Positions 8,650 to 17,744 of a DNA stretch of 30,771 nucleotides are shown one piece after another; the stretch's first letter is position 1; the number at the start of each line of letters is the position of its first letter. This stretch comes from a virus (Duplodnaviria; Caudoviricetes): IMG/VR virus record IMGVR_UViG_3300005077_000159, positions 1 to 30,771 of that record, one strand, 5' to 3'. The translations under genes and the position numbers were made by a program. Under the pieces are notes generated by a model, which worked only from the letters and a program-made list of their open reading frames with translations, did no database searches and was not told the origin of the DNA.

Positions 8650-8955
8650 ATGCCTTTACCAAATTTAGACCTAGATAAATATAGAAATCTTTTACCGTTA
8701 AATGGTCGAGTAGTAATAAAAGACATTACTAAACTAGAAAAGAGTCCTATAAAATATGCCGGTGAGCGTGAGAGCCGGGCTTATGCAGTTGTAGTAGCTG
8801 TACCAAAAAGTCTTGAAGAGTCACTACTTGGCAAAATGATTGTATTCAACGAATATGAGGGGCAGGAACTTTATAAAATGCCAGGAGTAGTTGATGAAGA
8901 TGACTTATTAGTTATCAGGGAATCTGATATAATTCTTATTATTAATACTGATTAA
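8650..8955 (+). CDS. groES: Co-chaperonin GroES-like protein
   Basis: LLPLNGRVVIK...AVVVAV...GKMIVFNEYEGQE...LLVIRESDII matches Cpn10; ATG 8650 is 5 nt after the groEL stop. Confidence 0.88.
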   Translation: MPLPNLDLDKYRNLLPLNGRVVIKDITKLEKSPIKYAGERESRAYAVVVAVPKSLEESLLGKMIVFNEYEGQELYKMPGVVDEDDLLVIRESDIILIINTD

Positions 8956-8956
8956 A

Positions 8957-9184
8957 ATGGGAATGTTTAATAATGTTCAAAAGAAAAAAGAGGAGGCCTA
9001 TCGCGAAAAGGTTGTATCTGCAGTTAATGGATGTTTAGATGTTTTTTCTAAGCTAGATGTTGATTTTTTTACAGCAATGGATGTTATTCATAGTCTTATG
9101 ACTACTAACAATCAAAATCTAGCAGAGCATGTTCGAAAGCTCAATAGCAGAATTGAGCAACTTGAAACCATGCGAGAGCCATAA
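8957..9184 (+). CDS. Hypothetical protein with C-terminal coiled coil
   Basis: 75 aa, abuts groES; heptad pattern LAEHVRKLNSRIEQLE. Confidence 0.6.
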   Translation: MGMFNNVQKKKEEAYREKVVSAVNGCLDVFSKLDVDFFTAMDVIHSLMTTNNQNLAEHVRKLNSRIEQLETMREP

Positions 9185-9198
9185 GAAAAGAAGTAATT

Positions 9199-9525
9199 AT
9201 GTTAGTTAATCAAAAACAAATCAATAAAAATAAGTTATTCAATAAAGCTGGCGGAATGGCAAATGAGTCGCGCTTTGGTGGTACTGAGCGAGAGCTCAGA
9301 ATACACAAAGTGTTGCAGGTTCCATCAGTAAATACTGACAATGCCGTTAGATTTGAGCAGGGTTGGAATAATACTGCTAGAAACAATGATGTTGTTAGAA
9401 TAACTATTGAAGAGAGATCGGTTATTGTTACCAGAGATGAGCTGGAACAAGCACTTGCTTATATGAGCCAAGGAGATGAACTGATAAAATTTGCTCCACC
9501 GAAGTTGAGACCGGCTGGAGCCTAG
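9199..9525 (+). CDS. Hypothetical protein
   Basis: 108-aa ORF in operon, TATG start. Confidence 0.6.
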   Translation: MLVNQKQINKNKLFNKAGGMANESRFGGTERELRIHKVLQVPSVNTDNAVRFEQGWNNTARNNDVVRITIEERSVIVTRDELEQALAYMSQGDELIKFAPPKLRPAGA

Positions 9526-9553
9526 AGACTGTTTAATTAGTAATTCCATTTAT

Positions 9554-10204
9554 ATGGCTAAAATAGTAGAATTTAAGCAAATTGTGCAGATGGCCCAGAG
9601 TTTGTTTCCGTGTTATGTACAGGATTGTGGTTGGGGAACGAACGCTGATGGCAAGCGTGAGATTCATTTGATCGTTGGTAAAAAGACCAATCCAGGCTGG
9701 GATGCCAAGGCTACATCCGGGCCTAGAAGCAAAAAGACCGAGCCTGATATCAGAATTTTATTTGTTCGTTCTGGTATTGAAGACACAGAGCTTCAAAAAG
9801 ATTTACTTAAAATTAAGAAATCTTTGGAAGACAAAAATGACAAAGTTGATATTACCAATACTGTTACTCCGGCTGATCCTAAGGCCGTTTCACAAGATGA
9901 GTTGGCTGATATTGCAGAAAAGGTTGCGGCTGGCCAGTCCGTTGATAGTAGCTCAGATATAGATTTACCAGTTGAAAACAATGACTGGGTAGACGCACCA
10001 GAGGGCGCTTATGATGAGTCTGATAAAACTTCCCCTGAAGAAAGTAGTTCACTTGAAAAGAGAGTTGATGAAGCACATCAGTTTATACAGACATTGGCCG
10101 ATACTGTTACTAAGGTTAACGACAATGTGGTTGCTTTAGCTAAAAAGATAGACAAGCTAGACGTGAAAGAAGCACCTAAAAAATCCAATAAGAAATCTAA
10201 TTAA
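9554..10204 (+). CDS. Hypothetical protein (globular N-terminus, acidic linker, C-terminal coiled coil)
   Basis: 216-aa ORF in operon, TATG start. Confidence 0.65.
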   Translation: MAKIVEFKQIVQMAQSLFPCYVQDCGWGTNADGKREIHLIVGKKTNPGWDAKATSGPRSKKTEPDIRILFVRSGIEDTELQKDLLKIKKSLEDKNDKVDITNTVTPADPKAVSQDELADIAEKVAAGQSVDSSSDIDLPVENNDWVDAPEGAYDESDKTSPEESSSLEKRVDEAHQFIQTLADTVTKVNDNVVALAKKIDKLDVKEAPKKSNKKSN

Positions 10205-10250
10205 TCATTAACTGCGTAACCTATTTTCTTAATAGAGCGCCCAAAATGTT

Positions 10251-11207
10251 ATGGTAAAAGTAGAAGATAATTTTTCTGACGGTAAGTCAGATAACAGCGG
10301 AGGTGGTGACGACGCTAATTTCAAAAAAATTGACACTACCGACGGTGATCCCGCCGTTCAGCAGAAAGTTGCTGACAAAATGGGAGTGAGCACAGACGCC
10401 GACTTGGCCGGCGATGATGATTCAGATGATTTTACTAGCGATGAGTCTGACGAAAATGATGACGATATCGATGGTGACTCAGATGATGATTCTGAATCTT
10501 TAGACGATGAAGATGAGGATATTATGGATGATGACGATGAATGGGAGGATAATTTCTCATCTCAGCCTAAGGAAGAAGATAAAAAACCTGCGCAAAAACC
10601 TGACGATAAAGACGACGAGTCTGAAAATCAGGACAAAAAGTGGGACGATGGCCGTCCAGGAGGCCCATTTGATGGTTACCCTACATTCGAAGAATATAAG
10701 GAAGCCATGAATAATAAACTTTCCCAATCTCAAGCTGAGGCTATTACTAGAAAGAAAGCAGCTGAGGAGGGTGGTTCTGGAGAAGATACTAATTCTACTA
10801 ATAGTGCCAGTGACCAACACGACACTTTTAGAAAGCATCTTGATGCTCACAAGGATTTTTACCCCGAATCTGTTCGTGATAACTTTGAAAAGTTTTCTAA
10901 AACGGGCGGTGACGCGGCAAGGGTATTTCTTATCAATGACCCTTATCTATCAAAAATTGATGACGCTTTGGCTAGTATTAACCCCAACTTGCCAAACGAC
11001 CAGAAGTTTGAACTTGCTTTCAAATTAGCTTTTGAAAAAGAAGCCAAGGAGAAGGTTGCTAAAAAAGCACAGGCTGAAACAGAGATTAGAATTCAGAAAG
11101 TCGGCAAGTCTACTTCACAAACTCCTAGCGGTAAGAGTGAGGCTAAAAGCCAATATACTCCGGAACAATTAAAAATAGCTAAGGAGATGGGTGTTAAACT
11201 TAATTAA
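10251..11207 (+). CDS. Capsid scaffolding protein (putative)
   Basis: Very acidic low-complexity N-half, helical C-half, terminal YTPEQLKIAKEMGV helix-turn-helix typical of coat-binding scaffold tails; upstream of capsid genes. Confidence 0.75.
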   Translation: MVKVEDNFSDGKSDNSGGGDDANFKKIDTTDGDPAVQQKVADKMGVSTDADLAGDDDSDDFTSDESDENDDDIDGDSDDDSESLDDEDEDIMDDDDEWEDNFSSQPKEEDKKPAQKPDDKDDESENQDKKWDDGRPGGPFDGYPTFEEYKEAMNNKLSQSQAEAITRKKAAEEGGSGEDTNSTNSASDQHDTFRKHLDAHKDFYPESVRDNFEKFSKTGGDAARVFLINDPYLSKIDDALASINPNLPNDQKFELAFKLAFEKEAKEKVAKKAQAETEIRIQKVGKSTSQTPSGKSEAKSQYTPEQLKIAKEMGVKLN

Positions 11208-11226
11208 TAATTAAATATAGAACATT

Positions 11227-11670
11227 ATGTCTTTTGTAGCTAAGAGTTCTCTTAACGGAAGTGCAGAGGTTCTTGAAGAAGTATTAGCATCAAATGTTAG
11301 CATAACTAAAAATACCATTTTATATGGTGCTTCTGGTTACGCTACAAATGCTACTGTAGGCAATATCACTGTATTCAACATGATTGGCGTTGTAGTCGAT
11401 ACTGTTGATAATAGCGGTGGTTCTGCTGGAGACAAGTCTGTTCACATCAATGTCAACCCAGCCACAGTTTATTTGGCAGGTTCTACAGGTACTGTTGCCC
11501 AATCCCAGGTTTGGACAAACGTTACCCTAGAAACAGTTGGAACTATTGATGAGGACGACCCATTGACAGCGGGTAATACTGGTGACACAGCTGTCGCTAA
11601 AATTCGCGCTATGGTTTCTACTTCTCAAGCTCTTGTATCTCTTAATTTCGGCCCAGTGGCTGATGTATAA
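11227..11670 (+). CDS. Capsid decoration/cement protein (beta-tulip-like, putative)
   Basis: 147 aa, small-residue beta-rich, IGVVVDTVDNSGGSAGDKSV.I motif, located between scaffold and capsid genes. Confidence 0.65.
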   Translation: MSFVAKSSLNGSAEVLEEVLASNVSITKNTILYGASGYATNATVGNITVFNMIGVVVDTVDNSGGSAGDKSVHINVNPATVYLAGSTGTVAQSQVWTNVTLETVGTIDEDDPLTAGNTGDTAVAKIRAMVSTSQALVSLNFGPVADV

Positions 11671-11699
11671 AATACCTTAATTTTTAACCTTTATAACTT

Positions 11700-12674
11700 A
11701 TGTCTGCTAATGTTGCGAATTTCGCAAAAGCTGTTGATCCTGCGGTTAAAACGGTATTTAATGGCTCTTTCAATCAGGCCCCAGTAGTAAGCGATAAAAT
11801 CTGTAACAAGATGAAAGCTCAGGACTACATCACTGAAACTAAATCAAATGTAGGACTAACTATGGCCGAATATAGATCCGAACAGGGCTCAGTTAAATAT
11901 CAGGATTTCCTAGAGGGAAACAGCAAAAACTTCACTCAGTATGAGTATGCGATTGGTACTAGAATTACCAAGAAGTTAATGAAGTGGAACAAGCTTGGTC
12001 AAATCAAGTCTATGGTTTCCACAGCCGCACAAACTATTGTGCGACGTCGAGAATTTGACATTACTAAGCTCTTAGAGCGAGGTTTTGCAACTTCTTACAC
12101 CCACGCAGTAGATGGATCTATTTTGATTAATCTTACTGGTGGTGATTCAGCTGCGCTTTTCAGCTCATCTCATGCTACCTATCGTAGTTCTACCGCTCAG
12201 AACAATATTGTTTATGATGGTACTACTTACAATATGGATTTGGCAGAGGATGCATTGGAAGCTGCTGAAACCTATGTTGCTCCACGTATAACCGACGAAT
12301 CTGATCAGATTATTGCGATGAACCTTACTGACTTGTTTGTAGGTCGTAAGAATGTTTGGAACGCTCAGAGATTGTTAAAATCAACCGGTAGAATTGGTAC
12401 TCCTAATAATGATATTAATCTTGTAATGGGAAGATATTCTTTGAATACTTTACACTACATGGATGTATCTTATGGTGATTATTGGTTCTTGCAGGATAAA
12501 GCCCTGAATAATATGGATGCCTTTATGAGTCTTTATGAGGGTCAGCCATTAGAGTCTGATGGTCCTTATATCGATTTTGATACTAAGGCTATCAAATATT
12601 CTTGGTCTTTTGAGAATGCTGCCGGCCACAATAACTGGCAATCATTCATCGGTTCACAGGGCGATAATACCTAA
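11700..12674 (+). CDS. Major capsid protein (HK97 fold, Mu gpT-like group)
   Basis: 324 aa; EQGSVKY, YAIGTRITKKL, GGDSAALFSSSH, AQRLLKSTGRIGTPNNDIN, YWFLQD and AGHNNWQSFIGSQG are characteristic of this group. Confidence 0.9.
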   Translation: MSANVANFAKAVDPAVKTVFNGSFNQAPVVSDKICNKMKAQDYITETKSNVGLTMAEYRSEQGSVKYQDFLEGNSKNFTQYEYAIGTRITKKLMKWNKLGQIKSMVSTAAQTIVRRREFDITKLLERGFATSYTHAVDGSILINLTGGDSAALFSSSHATYRSSTAQNNIVYDGTTYNMDLAEDALEAAETYVAPRITDESDQIIAMNLTDLFVGRKNVWNAQRLLKSTGRIGTPNNDINLVMGRYSLNTLHYMDVSYGDYWFLQDKALNNMDAFMSLYEGQPLESDGPYIDFDTKAIKYSWSFENAAGHNNWQSFIGSQGDNT

Positions 12675-12692
12675 TAATTAACTCCTTTTAGC

Positions 12693-13373
12693 ATGTTAAA
12701 AATCTATAAAAAATATGCTGGATTAATTGGCGGTATTCTTGGCGCTGTTGCTTTATTTGTTGGTGTATTTGCTGCGGCCCAATCTGTTATAAATAACTTT
12801 TATGGTTCTACATCTGTTAATCAAGTTGGCCAACCAAGTGGTGAAGCTATGCTTGGTGCAGTTAGTGCCGTAGGTAGAATTTGTAATGGATCAGAGCCGG
12901 CTACTCAGCTTTGTAATGTTAATACTTATGAGATAGAATCTCAGACAGGTATTACTGGCGCTACTCTAACAATTAGTGGTTCCGCATCTATTGATGCATT
13001 AACTCAAGGCGGTGGCATTCTGGCTACATCTACAACTGCAATTGTTGGTACATTAACACAAGCTGATTTATCAACTTATAGTATGATTGAGTGGACATTA
13101 AATACTGCTAATGGCACGCTAACTTTGCCTGCTACTAGCACATTGACTACTCTATTGCCTAATGCTGGTGATTCTCGTACTTGGTTAATTCACAATGCAA
13201 CCACAACTGCGGCTATTACAGCAACCATTGCTGCTGGTACAGGTATTGATTTAATTGCCTATACTACCAATGATGATATAATAGACGGAACAGAGTATGC
13301 ACAATTAACTTGTTGGCGACAAGCTGATACTGATTTGACTTGTCTTACAAGCGAAATCTTGCACGCCGATTAA
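12693..13373 (+). CDS. Putative virion/decoration protein with N-terminal membrane leader
   Basis: KIYKK plus hydrophobic helix (aa ~9-29), LG-A at aa 54-56, T/A-rich beta domain with TLTLPA...PNAGD...LIHN; 19 nt after the capsid gene. Confidence 0.6.
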   Translation: MLKIYKKYAGLIGGILGAVALFVGVFAAAQSVINNFYGSTSVNQVGQPSGEAMLGAVSAVGRICNGSEPATQLCNVNTYEIESQTGITGATLTISGSASIDALTQGGGILATSTTAIVGTLTQADLSTYSMIEWTLNTANGTLTLPATSTLTTLLPNAGDSRTWLIHNATTTAAITATIAAGTGIDLIAYTTNDDIIDGTEYAQLTCWRQADTDLTCLTSEILHAD

Positions 13374-13381
13374 TTTAGTTG

Positions 13382-13425
13382 TTTTCTCATCTCGCGCCTG
13401 TCGATCGGGCGCGAGGATGAGGGAA
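13382..13425 (+). other. Long GC-rich stem-loop after the capsid gene block (mRNA stabiliser or atypical terminator)
   Basis: TTTTCTCAT-CTCGCGCCTG-tcgat-CGGGCGCGAG-g-ATGAGGGAA; no immediate U-tract. Confidence 0.6.
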
Positions 13426-13456
13426 TAAATCCCATTTTAATAATTAAAATATTATT

Positions 13457-14005
13457 ATGAAAAAACCTATTAATGTATTTGCACTAGCTGTTATATTATT
13501 AGTGCTAACAGTAGCAGGTGGTATATTTATATATCAAAATCGTATAAATAATGATGAAGGACCATCATTAGGTAGTTATGTTAATTTAGATACTTACTAT
13601 CTTACCAATGCTACAGCATCTACATCCCCAGTTACTTTGGGTACTGATGTCAATGGTACAGCTTCAAGCTCAGTTATTGTTTCATTGAAAAATGTGGATC
13701 TTGTTGATATAAACATTCAACAGACTTCCGCTGAAGCATCTGCTCAGATTTGGTGGACTTATTATTTTTCTAATGACGGTATTGATTGGTATCCACAGGA
13801 CGTTAATACCACATCTGGTTCTGTTGTTACTCATTCTGCTGGTGCAACAATTCACAAGTGGACTTCTGATACAACTGGTGCTGCTTATAAGAGGGTTACA
13901 TTATCTGATTTTGCTGGAGATAAATTAAAAATAGAATTCGGCGGACAAGTAGCTACATCTACTTTATATGTTGAAGCAAGGACAAAACAATTAATGGGAC
14001 AATAA
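13457..14005 (+). CDS. Putative virion protein (beta-sandwich) with N-terminal membrane leader
   Basis: MKKP plus ~20-aa hydrophobic helix, LG-S at aa 38-40; YYFSNDGIDWY motif seen in small jelly-roll phage structural proteins. Confidence 0.6.
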   Translation: MKKPINVFALAVILLVLTVAGGIFIYQNRINNDEGPSLGSYVNLDTYYLTNATASTSPVTLGTDVNGTASSSVIVSLKNVDLVDINIQQTSAEASAQIWWTYYFSNDGIDWYPQDVNTTSGSVVTHSAGATIHKWTSDTTGAAYKRVTLSDFAGDKLKIEFGGQVATSTLYVEARTKQLMGQ

Positions 14006-14006
14006 A

Positions 14007-14930
14007 ATGCCCGATATACACAAAAATCCAAATGATAGCATAGATCTTTCTGTTGCTACTAGTTACAACGAGGACGTTGGAACATTATATCCTGTAGCTC
14101 ATGTTTATGCTCCGGGTGGTAGCGCTGTGTCAGGATCTCCATTTTCTCTTACACATGTAGGCAATGGTGTTTATGTAAAAGAGGCCGCTTTCCAGGCCAA
14201 AGTTTCTAGTGGTACTTATCAGGTTATCTATATTTTTTATACTAACACTGGACATACTACAGAACATTCCAATTACGGCAGGGTTCATAATACTATTACA
14301 ATTTCTATTCAATCTACTACCGGGCTTGGTTCTGGTGGCGGTGGCATGTATTACGACGATGAGCCACTTAGAAAGCTAATAAAAGAATTAAAGAAACAGG
14401 TTACAGATCTAAAAAAGAAAGTTACTTCTATTGAAAAACAGGAGCTTAGTATTGACTTTGCGCCTGTTTTTTCTGCTATTAAGGATATAAAATTTCCCGA
14501 GATTAAAATGCCAAAAGAGTTTGACGATACAAACTTAAAGAAATCTTTGGATGATATTAGCAAAAAGGTTACTAAAAAATCTAATTCTCTTGAGGGTAAT
14601 ATAAAGAAACTAACTAGCCACGTTGCCAAAAGCAATGATTTATTAATAAAAGATACTTTACAGCCAGTAATTGTTACGGTTGAGAAATTGAAAAATAGCA
14701 GTATTGCAGAATTAGAAAAGGTACGGTCTGATATTAATTCTTTTATTAAGGGAATTGATATTAAGGGCGATATAGCAGAATACCAAAAAACAATTAAACA
14801 ACTTATGAAAGACGCCGACGAGACCGAGAGAATTAGGCTTAAATTTATGCTTGACTCACTTACAAATCTAGTTATTTTACAGAGAAAGCTTAAACAAGAG
14901 ATTAAAATCAACTTAAATGATAAAAAATGA
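14007..14930 (+). CDS. Hypothetical protein: Ig-like N-domain, Gly linker, long coiled coil
   Basis: LTHVGNGVY...GTYQVIY beta domain, GSGGGG linker, ~190 aa K/E/L-rich heptads; ATGA overlap with next gene; no signal. Confidence 0.6.
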   Translation: MPDIHKNPNDSIDLSVATSYNEDVGTLYPVAHVYAPGGSAVSGSPFSLTHVGNGVYVKEAAFQAKVSSGTYQVIYIFYTNTGHTTEHSNYGRVHNTITISIQSTTGLGSGGGGMYYDDEPLRKLIKELKKQVTDLKKKVTSIEKQELSIDFAPVFSAIKDIKFPEIKMPKEFDDTNLKKSLDDISKKVTKKSNSLEGNIKKLTSHVAKSNDLLIKDTLQPVIVTVEKLKNSSIAELEKVRSDINSFIKGIDIKGDIAEYQKTIKQLMKDADETERIRLKFMLDSLTNLVILQRKLKQEIKINLNDKK

Positions 14931-16150
14931 CAAAGTATATTTTCTACATTTTAATAGCATGTTCCTTTGCAATTAGTACTATTGTCTATGTAGGTATTAC
15001 TGAAACAGGCTCTCAGGTTGCAAATTTGGGCGCTAGTGCGCCATATAGGGCCTTTAAGGCTACATCTACTCCTTTTGATGCTATAACCGTCGCAGAGGAC
15101 GAAGCTGATATTTATGTGCCTTTTTCTAGTGTGACATCCACCTTAATGGCCGCAGATACTTTTTGTATAAATAATTCCAGTCCGGATTGTATTACATCAT
15201 GGCCGTCTGGATCTGGAACTACCATAAACCAACTTGGACAAATTGGCGATGTATCAACATCTACTTTAGATTATGGTCACCTTTTAATGTGGAATGGAAC
15301 TGATACTTGGATCGATACCGCTACTTCTACTTTAGGTATTACAGGCGCTGGTACAGTCACATCAGTTGCTCTTACTGCTAGTTCTACATTCTCTGTTTAT
15401 GGTTCTCCAATTACAACTGCAGGAACTTTTGGTTTAGGGTTAGCAGATGGCTATACAATCCCGCTCACAGCTTCAACTACTGAATATGATACAGCTTATG
15501 GTTGGGGTAATCACGCTAGTGCTGGATATTTCCCATTGTCTAGTTGGTATGCTACTACAACAGATGGTTTAGCAGAGGGTTCAAATAATCTTTACTTTCC
15601 TGGATTTACTAGCCTAGCAGCAGATTATAGTTTTACTGACAACTCATCTAATTGGGATACAGCTTATGGTTGGGGAAACCATGCTAGTGCAGCTTATATC
15701 GCTTTAACAGACCTTTCTAGTTCTGCTACTGGTTTAACTTATAACAACGGAACTGGTGATTTTAGTTTAACAGCAGGCTATGTCATTCCAACTTCAACTA
15801 GAGCCTTGCTTTGGGATAATGCTTATAGCCTAGCTCATAATGCAGTCACTCTAGCTGGCGAGGATTTTTTATCTCTTTCCACACAACAAATTACAGCTAA
15901 TGCTATCAATCCTGATAACCTAGCTAATACAGACTTTGGCGATTTTAGCTGTAATGGAACTACTTGTACGCTAGATGCTACATATTTAACTACAGTTGAT
16001 ATTTCAGCCAATACTAATTTAGATGCTACTTATCCGATTGTTTTAACAGGTGATACTTTAAGTTTTTCAGGCTTAACAACTTCTACAGCACCAACATCAG
16101 GCAATCTAGCATACTGGACTGGTTTGAATACTCTGGGGAGCGTCAGATGA
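14927..16150 (+). CDS. Tail-fibre-like protein, 5' part, with membrane leader
   Basis: Hydrophobic aa 4-24, LG-A at 34-36; fibre repeats TAYGWGNHASA (x2), TTDGLAEGSNNLY, GTVTSVAL...GSPITTAGT. Confidence 0.7.
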   Translation: MTKYIFYILIACSFAISTIVYVGITETGSQVANLGASAPYRAFKATSTPFDAITVAEDEADIYVPFSSVTSTLMAADTFCINNSSPDCITSWPSGSGTTINQLGQIGDVSTSTLDYGHLLMWNGTDTWIDTATSTLGITGAGTVTSVALTASSTFSVYGSPITTAGTFGLGLADGYTIPLTASTTEYDTAYGWGNHASAGYFPLSSWYATTTDGLAEGSNNLYFPGFTSLAADYSFTDNSSNWDTAYGWGNHASAAYIALTDLSSSATGLTYNNGTGDFSLTAGYVIPTSTRALLWDNAYSLAHNAVTLAGEDFLSLSTQQITANAINPDNLANTDFGDFSCNGTTCTLDATYLTTVDISANTNLDATYPIVLTGDTLSFSGLTTSTAPTSGNLAYWTGLNTLGSVR

Positions 16151-16169
16151 ATTAGCTATTTATCCTGCT

Positions 16170-17744
16170 GTGACTACATACGATGTAATACTGGGTGCCA
16201 GTGCATCTAGTTCAGCTCCGTTTTGGTTTGATGTTAGTGCTACTACAACTCATATCGGAAATGGCGGTACTGGCGATAGTATGGTGCAGTTAGGTAATAG
16301 TGGTTATGAGTGGACTCTAGGCAGTGCTAGTACAACTAATGATTTTATAATTGCATCTAGTACCGACCTTATTAGTAATCCTGCTATTACGATTGATAAA
16401 GGAACTAACAAAGTCACCTTTGGCGGTAGTATTGATGTCACAGCAGGTACAAATATTTTAATAAGTGGCTCTCAGATTGCATCTACAGATTTACAGGATA
16501 CTGCTAATATACTTTACGAGTCTGAACTTGATAGCATCTCCGAGCTTAATACTCAGATAGCCGACGCAACTATTCTTATATCAGGTGGTACGCTTACCGA
16601 TACTAATCTTTGTGTGGCAGATGGAACTAGCGGCGCGATTGATTGTAATGTCACTAATAATTCATCTAACTGGAATACTGCGTATGGTTGGGGTGACCAC
16701 TCTACTGCTGGTTATTTAATACAGGCTTTGTGGTATGCAACTACAACTGACGGACTGGCGCAGGGTTCTACTAATCTTTATAACCAAACCCATACTGGCG
16801 AAGTTACAGGTGCTACTGCATTAACGATTGCTGATAATATTATTGAGGAGGCTAATTTAGAAGTCACTAATTCTCCAACAGATAATTATATTCTTTCCTA
16901 TGATTCAGGTTCTGGTGGCTTTACTTGGGTTGAAGACCAAATAGGAGCAGGTGGGGGTGCTTATGCTTGGACTCCTGACACTACCTATAATGAGCAGGCA
17001 CAGTCTACATCATCTCCTATTTGGCTTAAGGAGACATTGTACGCATCGTCAACTAGTTTCTTTACTGGACTGGCTACTTTTGGAAATATATCAAGTACAC
17101 AGCTTTCTGCTACCACTCTTTATGGTGCTTTAACAGGTAACGCCTCTACAGCTAGTACACTGCAAACAGCTCGTACAATCGCAGGTGTTAGCTTTGATGG
17201 TTCATCTAATATCTCAATCGCTTCAACTGGTCTTTCTGATACAGCAGACTTGCTCTATGAAACCGAGTTAGATTCTTTCTCAGAATTACAAACCCAAATA
17301 GCTGATGCAACCCTTTTACAAAGTGGCGGTACTTTAACTACTTCTAATATTTGTCAATACGATGGTACTGGTATTGATTGTAATATAGCAACTATTGGTA
17401 CTTCTCTTTTGACTGACGATTCTATTCTAGCTGTAGATTTAGATGCAACCAATACTGAAGCAGATGATGATATTCTAACTTATGATTCAGGTACAGGCGG
17501 ATTTACCTTTAATACTCCAGCCGAGATTATAACCGCAGGAACTAATCTTACTTGGTCTGGTACTACCCTTAATGTAGATGACCTATTTACTGTAACTAAC
17601 GCATCTACAACATTATTATCAGCACCAACGATTACAAACAGCGCTACCACCACAATGATTACAGGTGAGGGTTATGATTTTGGTAACGGTACAAATGGTA
17701 TGCGTATTTATCCTGGCGCAACAACAACTTTAAGTTTTTATTAA
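16170..17744 (+). CDS. Tail-fibre-like protein, 3' part (frame open from 16128; probably the continuation of 14927..16150)
   Basis: Shares TAYGWG.H and WYATTTDGLA.GS.NLY repeats with the previous ORF; contains the fibre repeat LTGNASTASTLQTARTIAGVSFDGSSNISI; weak GTG start. Confidence 0.7.
   Translation: MTTYDVILGASASSSAPFWFDVSATTTHIGNGGTGDSMVQLGNSGYEWTLGSASTTNDFIIASSTDLISNPAITIDKGTNKVTFGGSIDVTAGTNILISGSQIASTDLQDTANILYESELDSISELNTQIADATILISGGTLTDTNLCVADGTSGAIDCNVTNNSSNWNTAYGWGDHSTAGYLIQALWYATTTDGLAQGSTNLYNQTHTGEVTGATALTIADNIIEEANLEVTNSPTDNYILSYDSGSGGFTWVEDQIGAGGGAYAWTPDTTYNEQAQSTSSPIWLKETLYASSTSFFTGLATFGNISSTQLSATTLYGALTGNASTASTLQTARTIAGVSFDGSSNISIASTGLSDTADLLYETELDSFSELQTQIADATLLQSGGTLTTSNICQYDGTGIDCNIATIGTSLLTDDSILAVDLDATNTEADDDILTYDSGTGGFTFNTPAEIITAGTNLTWSGTTLNVDDLFTVTNASTTLLSAPTITNSATTTMITGEGYDFGNGTNGMRIYPGATTTLSFY

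Noticed and set aside
7047-8955. Host chromosomal groESL operon (prophage boundary or chimera)
   Set aside because: Reversed order, divergent sequence and tight coupling with phage head genes on both sides indicate that it is phage-encoded.
10410-10550. GAT/GAC-rich low-complexity tract as a DNA repeat element
   Set aside because: It simply encodes the Asp/Glu-rich region of the scaffold protein.
16148-16210. TGA read-through or genetic code 25 joining the two fibre ORFs
   Set aside because: The downstream ORF is in a different frame; in-frame read-through hits TAG about 20 codons later, and TGA is a genuine stop elsewhere.
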